Shown: positions 1 through 8,202, numbered from the stretch's first letter. The stretch: DNA of 19,595 bases from Alkalispirochaeta sp. (GCA_965242725.1 CBDESZ010000028.1:1-19595), one strand, 5' to 3'. Made by a program: numbers and translations. Notes: generated by a model not told the origin, from the sequence alone.

Positions 1-203
1 TCACCACGACCGGGTGCACCGGGCCGGACAACAACGATGTTTCCGACGCCGTCGGTTCGATGGGTCAATCCAAGGCGTTCTGCTTCACCTTTTACATAAT
101 CACGAACTGCCCCTTCTTTTTTGGAACAACGGGGTATTGCGGAAATGGCGGCGAAGTGACGCCACACCGCCTCTGGCTGGAGACCACGTATTGCATTGCT
201 CAT
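1..203 (-). CDS. pepD: Aminoacyl-histidine dipeptidase (M20 peptidase, PepD), 5' part; runs off the window edge
   Basis: Not in the ORF track. Manual translation from ATG at 203 gives MSNAIRGLQPEAVWRHFAAISAIPRCSKKEGAVRDYVKGEAERLGLTHRTDGVGNIVVVRPGAPGRG, matching the PepD N-terminal pattern (L.P..vW..F..I..IP..S..E...D.vGNi). Confidence 0.88.
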   Translation of the reverse strand, partial: MSNAIRGLQPEAVWRHFAAISAIPRCSKKEGAVRDYVKGEAERLGLTHRTDGVGNIVVVRPGAPGRG

Positions 204-210
204 GTCGCAG

Positions 211-239
211 ATTGTACGCGAATTGTCGGGAAGAGACAA
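211..239 (-). promoter_or_regulatory. Sigma70-type promoter of pepD, probably leaderless
   Basis: Minus strand reads TTGTCT (239-234), 17 nt, TACAAT (216-211), 7 nt, ATG. There is no Shine-Dalgarno. Confidence 0.65.
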
Positions 240-246
240 ACCATGG

Positions 247-1087
247 TCACTCCGGCGGAGAGAGTTCGTGCCGACGGTACGCCTGAATGCTCACGGAAAA
301 GAGAGGCTCATCGTCGTCGGCTGAGGCCACGTCACGATTAGGCTGAACGTGCAGAACGTGGGCGCCGAGCTCATAGCAACAGAGATTTCCAAACTCGCTT
401 ATTTTGTACGGTTTCTTGTTTGACGCGCCGACGGCGCCGTTATCAAGGGGAAGAACGGGATGGCCCGTTACCAGCCGTTCAATGATCGTCGAGAGGGGGG
501 GTTCGGGTATGCCCGTGTATGACGATTTTCCCGCCCGCGGCTTCCGCATCGTAAACGGTCTCCCGCCGCTGGACGAGGTCCTTTCCGTCGGCGTAGGGAT
601 CCTTGCGGGTAAAATCGATTCCGCCGTGAACCAGGATGGCACCGTCCAGGGAAACGACATAGCGGCTTTCCGCAAAGAGGCGCAGCCATCGTGGATCAAG
701 GCGCCTGGCGTTGTCCCCGTCCAGCAGGGCGGTGTTGTTCGTCTGCTCCAGCATACGTCTGAGGGCACCCTTGCCCGCCTTTGTCGCCCGAAGAATCGCC
801 GCCTCATGGTTTCCCCGAACGATCGTCACCGAGACGCCCTTTTCCATCAGTTCACTCAGGAACTCAAGAACCCCGATGCTGTCGGGGCCTTTACTCACGA
901 GGTCGCCCAGAAGATAGAGGTGGTCCGCAGGTGTCACGGCGAGTTCTTCCACGCACAGGGCGCGGAAGGTCCTTGAACACCCGTGAATATCCCCGATGAC
1001 AAAACGGCGGGGGCCCCCGTCGCGCTCGCCGTCGTAGCGGCCCGTGCTCCGCCGGATGAGGCGGGAAATCCCTCCCAGATCGACCAA
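247..1087 (-). pseudogene. Calcineurin-like metallophosphoesterase (Ser/Thr phosphatase / ApaH-like), split by an extra base in a C7 run; ~279 aa if repaired
   Basis: ORF 479..1087 has GDIHG, GDLVSKG, RGNHE, VHGG and HGHT and then stops. The expected tail (PLDNG...GNLCCYEL...VQPN) lies in the frame of ORF 247..807. Removing one base from the G7 run at 495-501 (+ strand) fuses them as HGHTRTPLSTIIERL. This may be a sequencing error rather than a true pseudogene. Confidence 0.85.
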
Positions 1088-1089
1088 TC

Positions 1090-1548
1090 TCAGCCTTTCT
1101 TCAGTCGCGCCGCCGATTTGTCGACGATGAGCTGGTAGATATTTCCGAAGGCGTTGGCCCGATTCGGCGTCAGCGTCGTTTTGAGATCAACCGCGTCTGC
1201 AAAACCCTCGATTGCGTCGCGGGAACCCGCGACGATATCCTCCGGGGTGAGATCGTTGAGGGCCTCAATCATGTAGGTCAACAGTCCGCGGACAACGTGA
1301 GCGTCCGATGAACCCCTGAAATGCATGACCCCTTCCCGGTACTCGTCCGCAATATACACATTACTGACGCATCCGTAGACAAAGTTTTCATCCACTCGTT
1401 CGTCGTCGGAGATCCCTTCCAGTTCCTTGCCTTTCTCGGTGATCGTGCGGTACATCTCCAGATTGTCGATCTCCCGCATCATGAGCAGTTCTTCAGTTAC
1501 TTCCTTGAGGTATCCTTTCATATCGTCAAGGGTCTTTCCTGTCGGCAT
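1090..1548 (-). CDS. sufE: SufE/CsdE-family sulfur acceptor protein
   Basis: VYGCVSNVYI (conserved Cys of the GC-x-S motif), FRGSSDAHVVRGLL and LTPNRANAF match SufE motifs. SD AGAGGAG lies upstream. Confidence 0.85.
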   Translation of the reverse strand: MPTGKTLDDMKGYLKEVTEELLMMREIDNLEMYRTITEKGKELEGISDDERVDENFVYGCVSNVYIADEYREGVMHFRGSSDAHVVRGLLTYMIEALNDLTPEDIVAGSRDAIEGFADAVDLKTTLTPNRANAFGNIYQLIVDKSAARLKKG

Positions 1549-1558
1549 AGTCGCTCCT

Positions 1559-3202
1559 CTATTTGACGACCCACGTGGTCGTACCGTCGCGGTGGTCTTC
1601 CAGGCGAATTCCCGCCTCGGCGAGGGTGTCCCGGATTCTGTCGGCAGTGGCGAAATCCTTTGCCGCCCGGGCGTTTTTGCGCAACTCGATGACCAGCTTC
1701 AACACCGCGTCCAGGTGGTCCTTCTCGCGAGAGTCTCCTCCGCTTTCCTGTTCCGGCCGGAGCCCCAGGACGTCACGCGTAAAGGCACGTATCGCCCGTG
1801 CCGCGGCGACCCGCGCATCCCGGGGGGCGTTATCCTCCGTGCCCCGCCCGAAGAGCTTCACCAGATCGAAAAGCGTCGCAATTGTCCTCGGTGTGTGAAA
1901 ATCGTCACCCATCGCCTTCCAGCACCCGTCGATAAGTTCCTTTACTGCGACGCTGTACTCGTCTTCGCCGGATATGTCGGCCCCTGTCGGCGCCGTCGCG
2001 CCGCTTTTGGCGATGCCGTCGATCAGCGGGCCCGCGGCGGAACGTTTTCCCGCGGTTTCCCTGCGTACCGCGGCGGCGGACTCTGCAGCTTCCGCCGCGA
2101 TCTCCCCGGCAAGAAGCTCCTCCGCCCGCTGCAGCCCCGCCATGAGGCGACGGTACCCCTTGTCCGCCCCTTCCAACGCTTCATTAGAGAAGTCGACGGT
2201 ACTACGGTAGTGAGACTGCAGCATGAAGAACCGGAGCACCATGGGTGAGAAGGGACGGTCAAGCCGCTCATGGGAGCCGGTAAACATCTCGTCAAGGGTA
2301 ATGAAGTTCCCCAGACTCTTGGCCATCTTCTGGCCGTCAACGGTGAGCATATTGGAATGCATCCAATAGCGCGCTGGATCACGCCCGTATGCGCCGTGAT
2401 TCTGTGCGATTTCCGCTTCATGATGGGGAAACTGGAGATCCAGCCCCCCGCCGTGAATGTCAAACTGCTCTCCCAGATAGCGGGTACTCATGGCGGTACA
2501 TTCAAGGTGCCATCCGGGGAATCCCTCGCTCCAGGGCCCCTTCCAGCGCATGATGTGCTGCGGTTCCGCCCGCTTCCACAGGGCAAAATCCAGGGGGCTC
2601 CGCTTTTCCCCTCCCCCCGCCGTTGAGCGCGTATTGGCCCGAAGATCTTCAAATATTTTGCCCGAGAGATTGCCGTAGGGCGAACCCGATTGAACGTACT
2701 GCTCCAGATCGAAGTAGACTGAACCATTGGATTCATATGCGAGCCCCGCATCGAGTATGCGCTGGACTACTTCTATTTGCTCAAGAATATGCCCGCTCGC
2801 CCGCGGTTCGATGGAGGGGGGCATACAGCCCAGCCGCTCCATACCGTCGTGGTAACTCAGGGTATATCGCTGAACGACTTCCATCGGTTCCACCCGTTCC
2901 AGACGGGCCCGTTTAGCCACCTTGTCTTCGCCGGCCAGCTCTTCTTCGTCCTCCAGATGGCCCACGTCGGTGATGTTGCGCACGTAGCGCACCTTATACC
3001 CGAGAAAACGTAAATATCGAAAGACCGTGTCAAAGACGACGGCGGTGCGGGCATGTCCCAAATGGGGATCGGAATAGACGGTAGGGCCGCACACATACAT
3101 CCCCACCAATGGTGGAGAGATCGCCTCGAATTTCTCCATCCTGCGCGCGAGGGAGTTGTACATGGAAAGTGCCTGGGTTGTATAACGTACTGGATGGTCC
3201 AT
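1559..3202 (-). CDS. cysS: Cysteine--tRNA ligase
   Basis: MYVCGPTVY, HLGH (HIGH), DFALWK, GFPGWHLEC, DIHGGGLDLQFPHHE, KMAKS (KMSKS) and the C-terminal ADRIRDTL..GI.LED...GTTW. Confidence 0.98.
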   Translation of the reverse strand: MDHPVRYTTQALSMYNSLARRMEKFEAISPPLVGMYVCGPTVYSDPHLGHARTAVVFDTVFRYLRFLGYKVRYVRNITDVGHLEDEEELAGEDKVAKRARLERVEPMEVVQRYTLSYHDGMERLGCMPPSIEPRASGHILEQIEVVQRILDAGLAYESNGSVYFDLEQYVQSGSPYGNLSGKIFEDLRANTRSTAGGGEKRSPLDFALWKRAEPQHIMRWKGPWSEGFPGWHLECTAMSTRYLGEQFDIHGGGLDLQFPHHEAEIAQNHGAYGRDPARYWMHSNMLTVDGQKMAKSLGNFITLDEMFTGSHERLDRPFSPMVLRFFMLQSHYRSTVDFSNEALEGADKGYRRLMAGLQRAEELLAGEIAAEAAESAAAVRRETAGKRSAAGPLIDGIAKSGATAPTGADISGEDEYSVAVKELIDGCWKAMGDDFHTPRTIATLFDLVKLFGRGTEDNAPRDARVAAARAIRAFTRDVLGLRPEQESGGDSREKDHLDAVLKLVIELRKNARAAKDFATADRIRDTLAEAGIRLEDHRDGTTTWVVK

Positions 3203-3211
3203 AACACCTCG

Positions 3212-3240
3212 ACGGTACCGACATCGCGCCGAATTTACAA
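3212..3240 (-). promoter_or_regulatory. Putative sigma70 promoter of cysS
   Basis: TTGTAA (3240-3235), 17 nt, TACCGT (3217-3212), 9 nt, ATG. Confidence 0.45.
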
Positions 3241-3327
3241 GTCCGCGGGATGCGGCGCACCGGACCGGTCAGCTACCGGTGGGCAGGTACCTCAACGTAT
3301 CGTCGGGAATGGGCCGTGCCGCTGCCG

Positions 3328-3873
3328 TCACTCAGGATGGTCAAACCAGTCGTCTTCAAGGGAGCCGGCACCGAAAAAGTTGATACCGCTTATGGTGTCT
3401 TCCACCGGTTTTCCCAGATCACCGAGGACGATCTTGTGGCCCGGGCAGCCGAGGCGGGCGCATACTTCGATGCGATTCCTGCCGCCGGGTAGTCGGAACT
3501 CGATACCCCGATGAGAGGAGCACCCCTCCACGTCGCATTGGCGCTCAATCATGAGGCTTTCACCCGTCTCGGGAACCGACGCTTCCACCCACTGGTCGTC
3601 GTGACCGAGTTCCGGCAGAAAGCCGAAGAGTTTGGCGTGGCTGCCCCAGAAGGCGTCGACAAAGATGAGCCCTTCCGTGTTGCCGATCTTCGCCTTGAAA
3701 CGAATACTCGGCTCACCATGAATACGCACACTCTCCGTGATGAGGGATGCGCCGGACGGACTGCTTACCGCTTCCACCACGAGAAATTCCCGGCCGTGTC
3801 GTTTTACCAGCTTCATGCCTTCCGGAATGGCTCGGAGGAATTCCAGGGGAATCTCATTATGTACGAGTTTCAT
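3328..3873 (-). CDS. Hypothetical protein with a C-terminal Cys/His putative metal-binding cluster
   Basis: 181-aa ORF with a normal globular composition, containing CDVEGC and CARLGCPGH, preceded by a clean promoter. Confidence 0.8.
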   Translation of the reverse strand: MKLVHNEIPLEFLRAIPEGMKLVKRHGREFLVVEAVSSPSGASLITESVRIHGEPSIRFKAKIGNTEGLIFVDAFWGSHAKLFGFLPELGHDDQWVEASVPETGESLMIERQCDVEGCSSHRGIEFRLPGGRNRIEVCARLGCPGHKIVLGDLGKPVEDTISGINFFGAGSLEDDWFDHPE

Positions 3874-3879
3874 ACCGAC

Positions 3880-3908
3880 AGTGTACTATAGCCGCATGGA
3901 GGGTGCAA
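3880..3908 (-). promoter_or_regulatory. Sigma70 promoter, leaderless layout
   Basis: TTGCAC (3908-3903), 17 nt, TACACT (3885-3880), 6 nt, ATG at 3873. No SD. Confidence 0.65.
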
Positions 3909-3986
3909 TTCACGAATACTCATACGCCCCCTCCGGCCGGTGATGCGAGCGTCCCCGTGACGCGCCGTGTAAAAATGGAGTGGAAA

Positions 3987-4448
3987 ATGCGTTGTCCGAA
4001 ATGTGGGTCCCTGGAAGACCGGGTCATTGAATCTCGTGCCCTTGCGGACGGAAGAACGATTCGCAGGCGCCGTGAATGCCTTGCCTGTGAGTATCGATTT
4101 ACCTCATACGAGCGTATCGAGGAAAAACAGCTCATGGTGATCAAGAAGAGCAAAAACCGCCGGGAGCCCTTTGACCGGGAAAAACTCGAAAAGGGAATAC
4201 AGCAGGCGCTGCGCAAGCGGTCGGTGAGCCAGAGCCTCATCGCCACGATGATCGATGATCTTGAGGAACAGGCGATCCGTGAAGGTATGGAATCCCATGA
4301 AATTTCCGCCGCCCGGATCGGTGAGCTCGTCCTGGAGCGGCTCTACAACCTCGACCGGGTCGCGTACATTCGATTTGCGTCGGTATATCGAAACTTTGAG
4401 AACGTGGAAGAGTTCATTCGGGAAATCGAAGAGCTTACAAAACAATAA
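3987..4448 (+). CDS. nrdR: Transcriptional repressor NrdR
   Basis: MRCPKC...IRRRREC..C..RFTSYER zinc ribbon, an ATP cone, and LDRVAYIRFASVYRNF. The likely start is ATG at 3987 after GGAG; the track ORF is over-extended to 3747. Confidence 0.97.
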   Translation: MRCPKCGSLEDRVIESRALADGRTIRRRRECLACEYRFTSYERIEEKQLMVIKKSKNRREPFDREKLEKGIQQALRKRSVSQSLIATMIDDLEEQAIREGMESHEISAARIGELVLERLYNLDRVAYIRFASVYRNFENVEEFIREIEELTKQ

Positions 4449-4483
4449 AGACCCGACGGTATGACCGACGGGTCTTTATTGTT
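4441..4483. terminator. Bidirectional intrinsic terminator between convergent nrdR and tRNA
   Basis: Perfect 15-bp inverted repeat AACAATAAAGACCCG (4441-4455) / CGGGTCTTTATTGTT (4469-4483), extended inward by CGGT/ACCG after one mismatch. U-rich tails occur on both strands. Confidence 0.85.
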
Positions 4484-4485
4484 GA

Positions 4486-4558
4486 TAGTGGCGAAGGGAC
4501 TTGAACCCCTGACCGAGCGGATATGAGCCGCTTGCTCTACCGACTGAGCTACGCCACC
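4486..4558 (-). tRNA. tRNA with CAT anticodon, most likely elongator tRNA-Met
   Basis: GGTGGCGTAGCTCAGTCGGTAGAGCAAGCGGCTCATATCCGCTCGGTCAGGGGTTCAAGTCCCTTCGCCACTA folds as a cloverleaf with anticodon arm AGCGG-CTCATAT-CCGCT and T-loop TTCAAGT. It lacks the initiator C1:A72 mismatch and three consecutive G:C pairs, and has G4:C69/G5:C68 rather than the C4:G69/C5:G68 of E. coli Ile2. CCA is not encoded. Confidence 0.93.
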
Positions 4559-4574
4559 TCGTGAACGAGGCGAG

Positions 4575-4602
4575 AATATACCAGGTTTCAGGAGGTTGTC
4601 AA
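4575..4602 (-). promoter_or_regulatory. Strong sigma70 promoter of the tRNA gene
   Basis: Consensus TTGACA (4602-4597), 16 nt, TATATT (4580-4575) with extended TG and a GC-rich discriminator (CTCGCCTC), typical of stable-RNA promoters. Confidence 0.85.
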
Positions 4603-4614
4603 TCCGCCGCGTCC

Positions 4615-7416
4615 CTATACGAGGTTGTGGCGGCGCGCCGCCTCCATCATTTGCTTGTTCCACGCGTTTTGCCTGAGATACCTCAGTTTGTCCCGATACT
4701 CGTCCATTCTGCTCGTCCGTTCCTGTATCAGTTTCACCGACCGACCCAGAACGGTTGTCCGGTCGTCCCGGTCCCTGGAGCGCTCCTCCGGAAGGACGCT
4801 TGAATAGAGGAAGTTGTACAATCCCGTATAGGGATCAAGGTTGGACACATCGGCGCCGCGGGTGAGGGAGTAGAAGATCGGCACCGCCTCATCCTGCCGG
4901 TCAAGGTGGGCGAGGGTAAGGGCGTAGAATCCTTTGAGGATACGCAGCAGCTGCGAACTCCCCGGTGCGTTGGCTATCACGAGGTCTTCTATCGATGCGT
5001 ACCCGTTGTCCCAGGTGACGCCCAATCGCGGCCATCGGTCGGACATTTCTTCAAGAGTTATCGCCTCTTCAAGTAACGGGAGGGCTTCCGCATACCGGCC
5101 GTCGGCGGTGAGCGCTTCAGCGAGAAACAAGAGAACTTCCGGCCGTCGTTCCTCACCGGTGAGGGCATCTTCAACACGGCTGTCGTCACCATCCACCAGG
5201 TAGAGAGAGTACTCTCTCCACACCCGAAGCACCGAGAGCGGCGCGGAAATCGTACAGGAACTGCAAAAGTCGTACAGACGTGAAAACTGCTCCGCAGCGC
5301 GGGCATACTCGCCCAGCTCAAAATGTATTCGTCCCTGGAGAAAACGCAAAAGTACATACCAGTCGGAAAAACCCCGTTCCAGAAGGGGCCTGAGCTGTTT
5401 TTCCGCCGCCACCGCGGCGCGGCTGAGATTACCCACCAGAAACAGACGGATTGCATCAAGGGACCTGGCAACGAGGACCGATCCGTCGTCATCCTCCCGC
5501 TGGTCCATGGCGAATCCGAGATACTGGCCGGCATCGGAGAGTCGGCGCTGGGCGAACATGATCCGTGCCATCAGGAGGTAACTTGCCGCAACGGCACCGT
5601 CCGGCACGGCATCGCCCTGCTGGAGGAGAACCGCCCGTTTTACGCTTTTCAACGCCCCGGGGTAGTCCCGACGGGCAAGAAAGTACTCCGCCGTCGAGAG
5701 ATGAATATCCGCCTCCCCTCGCCCCTCATAGTACGGCAGCACCTCTTCAATGGTCTGAAACGCAGAGTCGCACTCCTCAGGTCCCCGGGAATCGCGCAAA
5801 TAGAGGCGCAGCTGAACCGATGCCGTCGCCAGCCTCTCGTCATCACGAAAGGTTTTTTCCGACGTGACAATGCGCTGACGATAGAAAGAGACATTTCCGC
5901 CCACGGCGATCCGGTGCAGATACCGATGAAAGAGCGCCGTTCTTGTGTCCCGGGGCAGGCGCTCCTGCACAAAATCCCACAGGTCCGGTGTGAGCGGTAT
6001 ACGTCCATTCTCAAGGAGATCCAGGAGAAAATCGTCGATCTCCCGGCGAAGTGCGAGCCCCTCGTCTCCGAAGATCCCGTCGATCACGGGTGAGACGAGA
6101 CGGTGTACCGTCGGGAAACCGGTATCCACGAGAAAACCCGTCCGAGTCAGGTCCTTAACGATGCGAATACGCTCTGCCCGGCTGATACCGGATCGTACAA
6201 AGAGCTCGTCCATCATCTCCGGAGACAACAGGGAGGAAACACAATGGAGGTAATAAAGGGTCGTTCTGTGTTTGCCGCCCAGTGATGCGGCGGCGACGTG
6301 GAGCACCCCTTCCGGCTCTGTATCCTCCCCGGGCAATCGTTCACCCCTTCCGTCCAGTTGCGCCCAATAACGGTATGCCCTCTCCCCTTTCCCGTCGGTA
6401 TGGACTGAAAGCACGCGCCAACGGTTTTCGGGGACGTCTTCACCCGAAAAAGGATGGCCGGAGGAAACGACTACGATCCGTGCCGCCGGAGATGAGGAAA
6501 GCAGGAGGGGAACGAGACCGTCTTCCTCATCGCCCTCCTCGATCACGATCGTGGCACTATATGAATCGGTTGCGTCCAACAACCGCTCCAGGGCGTAGCG
6601 CAGTTCACCCGTGAGGTATGGCGTCGAGAGGTGGTCGTGACCTGGAGCGCTGAACCGATTGACCAGAACTGCCGCAGGCGGGTCGAGGGATGCTTCTCGT
6701 TCATCGTGCAGAAATTCGGCGCAGACCTTCCAGAAGAGCTCCTGAAGCGTCCGTCGACCGTCCCGTTGACCGTCCCGGGGGCCGTCGGAAATTGTAAAGA
6801 CCGGTCCTACTGAAGCCGCGTGAATTGAAGCGGAAATGCGGGAAATGTCTGTGGTGACGATCCAGCATCGCCGGGGACCTTCCCGGTCGCCCGACGGGAA
6901 GAGGAGTTCCGATACGGCTCCCACCGTCTTGTCGTCGGCGAGAAAATCGACATATCGCCTGACCGCAGACCAGTATTCGTCACGAAAAGCGACGATCTGA
7001 TATATTTCTCCCGTTTGTACCAGCTCAACCACCGGTTCGAGGGCGAGTGCCACCGGTTCCGTCGCGTGGACCCCGTTTCGGATACGGACGTGGCGGAGCA
7101 GCCGCTCCATGGCCGGAAAGACCGTACCTGCCGCGACGTTCTCGCGATAGTCCGCCAGGACGATGTATTCCAGGAGATACTCCCCCTGTACCGAGAGGAG
7201 ACGGTCCGCCGTCTTAAGGAGGTCGGCGACCTCTTCGGGATGACGAACCTTCTGCTGCCGGTCCTGAAAGAACAGTAAATCGCGGTCCTGCGCGACGAGA
7301 TGAAACGCGCCCGCCTCCATTGCACCGGTGATTTCGGCGATGAATTCGCCGTACCACCGCTTTTCGAGACGGGACATCTGACTTATGCCGGCAGCTTCTA
7401 TCAGGAGATAGTACAT
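4615..7416 (-). CDS. Large TPR-containing protein, possibly a degenerate cyclase-STAND-TPR architecture
   Basis: 933-aa ORF. The C-terminal half has TPR-like helices (AEYFLARRDYPGALKSVKRA, GRIHFELGEYARAAEQF, AEALTADGRYAEALPLLEEA). Confidence 0.85.
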   Translation of the reverse strand: MYYLLIEAAGISQMSRLEKRWYGEFIAEITGAMEAGAFHLVAQDRDLLFFQDRQQKVRHPEEVADLLKTADRLLSVQGEYLLEYIVLADYRENVAAGTVFPAMERLLRHVRIRNGVHATEPVALALEPVVELVQTGEIYQIVAFRDEYWSAVRRYVDFLADDKTVGAVSELLFPSGDREGPRRCWIVTTDISRISASIHAASVGPVFTISDGPRDGQRDGRRTLQELFWKVCAEFLHDEREASLDPPAAVLVNRFSAPGHDHLSTPYLTGELRYALERLLDATDSYSATIVIEEGDEEDGLVPLLLSSSPAARIVVVSSGHPFSGEDVPENRWRVLSVHTDGKGERAYRYWAQLDGRGERLPGEDTEPEGVLHVAAASLGGKHRTTLYYLHCVSSLLSPEMMDELFVRSGISRAERIRIVKDLTRTGFLVDTGFPTVHRLVSPVIDGIFGDEGLALRREIDDFLLDLLENGRIPLTPDLWDFVQERLPRDTRTALFHRYLHRIAVGGNVSFYRQRIVTSEKTFRDDERLATASVQLRLYLRDSRGPEECDSAFQTIEEVLPYYEGRGEADIHLSTAEYFLARRDYPGALKSVKRAVLLQQGDAVPDGAVAASYLLMARIMFAQRRLSDAGQYLGFAMDQREDDDGSVLVARSLDAIRLFLVGNLSRAAVAAEKQLRPLLERGFSDWYVLLRFLQGRIHFELGEYARAAEQFSRLYDFCSSCTISAPLSVLRVWREYSLYLVDGDDSRVEDALTGEERRPEVLLFLAEALTADGRYAEALPLLEEAITLEEMSDRWPRLGVTWDNGYASIEDLVIANAPGSSQLLRILKGFYALTLAHLDRQDEAVPIFYSLTRGADVSNLDPYTGLYNFLYSSVLPEERSRDRDDRTTVLGRSVKLIQERTSRMDEYRDKLRYLRQNAWNKQMMEAARRHNLV

Positions 7417-7454
7417 CTCTTACTGTATCGGCCGCTCACAGTCCTTTTTTGAGA

Positions 7455-8147
7455 TTACCCGTCACCGGAAAGGGCCGAATACTCAAGATCCGACAAGGCC
7501 CCCCTCTCCACCGTCAGCCACACCCGCCACCATTGCCCGTCGGTACCGCGGAGAAGGAGACGCTCGCCCTCACCGGCGATACGGTACGCCTCGTCCACCT
7601 CTCCGATGGCGTCCCTCGCCTCGAGCAGGCGGGACTGAACAAAGTCGCCGTAGGAATCGTCGACGGGTACCGATTGAGCGTCGTCATCGACCGGTCCGAG
7701 AAAGTAGTCCGCCACGGATATGACCACCGGAGAAATACCGGACCGGGGAATCGCGGAGATCTCGTCGCCTGTCGGAGCGAAGCGTGGAGTCGTCGCGGAG
7801 GCCCCTCGTATCGCCCGGACCGCGTCCCTGAGCTCCTCGGGTATCTGCTCACCTCTGATCGTCGTCACCACCGGTTGTCCCCGTCGGCCGTTCTCCGTTG
7901 CAGGCGCCCCGGAAACACCGTCCCCGCCGTCCCTTGGAGGCAGTGTCGCCTCCCCTTCCGCGTCGGTAACGGCGGCCGCAGGCCGTTCCATCGTTTGCGG
8001 CTGCAGCGCCTCCCTCGGCACCTCCCGTTCCTCCTCGGGGGAACGGGCCGAACCGATGAACGCTCGTCCCACTGCAACGGCAAGGACCAGAACGATGAGA
8101 ACGATGATTACCGATATCCATCGCCTGAGAGGCGTAGAATCAACCAC
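7455..8147 (-). CDS. Hypothetical membrane-anchored/periplasmic protein
   Basis: N-terminal RRWISVIIVLIVLVLAVAVGRAF transmembrane helix, then an E/A/P-rich linker and a small C-terminal domain. I place the start at GTG 8147 because a promoter sits 6 nt upstream; the track start is 8171. Confidence 0.75.
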   Translation of the reverse strand: MVDSTPLRRWISVIIVLIVLVLAVAVGRAFIGSARSPEEEREVPREALQPQTMERPAAAVTDAEGEATLPPRDGGDGVSGAPATENGRRGQPVVTTIRGEQIPEELRDAVRAIRGASATTPRFAPTGDEISAIPRSGISPVVISVADYFLGPVDDDAQSVPVDDSYGDFVQSRLLEARDAIGEVDEAYRIAGEGERLLLRGTDGQWWRVWLTVERGALSDLEYSALSGDG

Positions 8148-8153
8148 ATGTGA

Positions 8154-8182
8154 ATGGTAGTATGCCCGCATTATCTGGGCAA
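8154..8182 (-). promoter_or_regulatory. Sigma70 promoter, leaderless layout
   Basis: TTGCCC (8182-8177), 17 nt, TACCAT (8159-8154), 6 nt, in-frame GTG. Confidence 0.55.
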
Positions 8183-8202
8183 GGAATGGAAGGGTGGATC
8201 AT

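Noticed and set aside
14..976. Plus-strand ORFs 14..286, 60..341 and 404..976
   Set aside because: They are antisense shadows of pepD and the phosphoesterase, with no recognisable motifs.
3203..3327. Possible T-box or other leader RNA upstream of cysS, including a short CACCGG/CCGGTG inverted repeat
   Set aside because: No T-box antiterminator consensus, no U-tailed terminator, the region is too short, and a promoter appears to sit right at the start codon.
3874..3986. NrdR box in the divergent intergenic region
   Set aside because: No convincing match to the acaCwAtATaTwGtgt palindrome.
4449..4614. tRNA as an integration site for an island or prophage
   Set aside because: No integrase, no duplicated tRNA 3' end seen, and the flanks are housekeeping-type genes.
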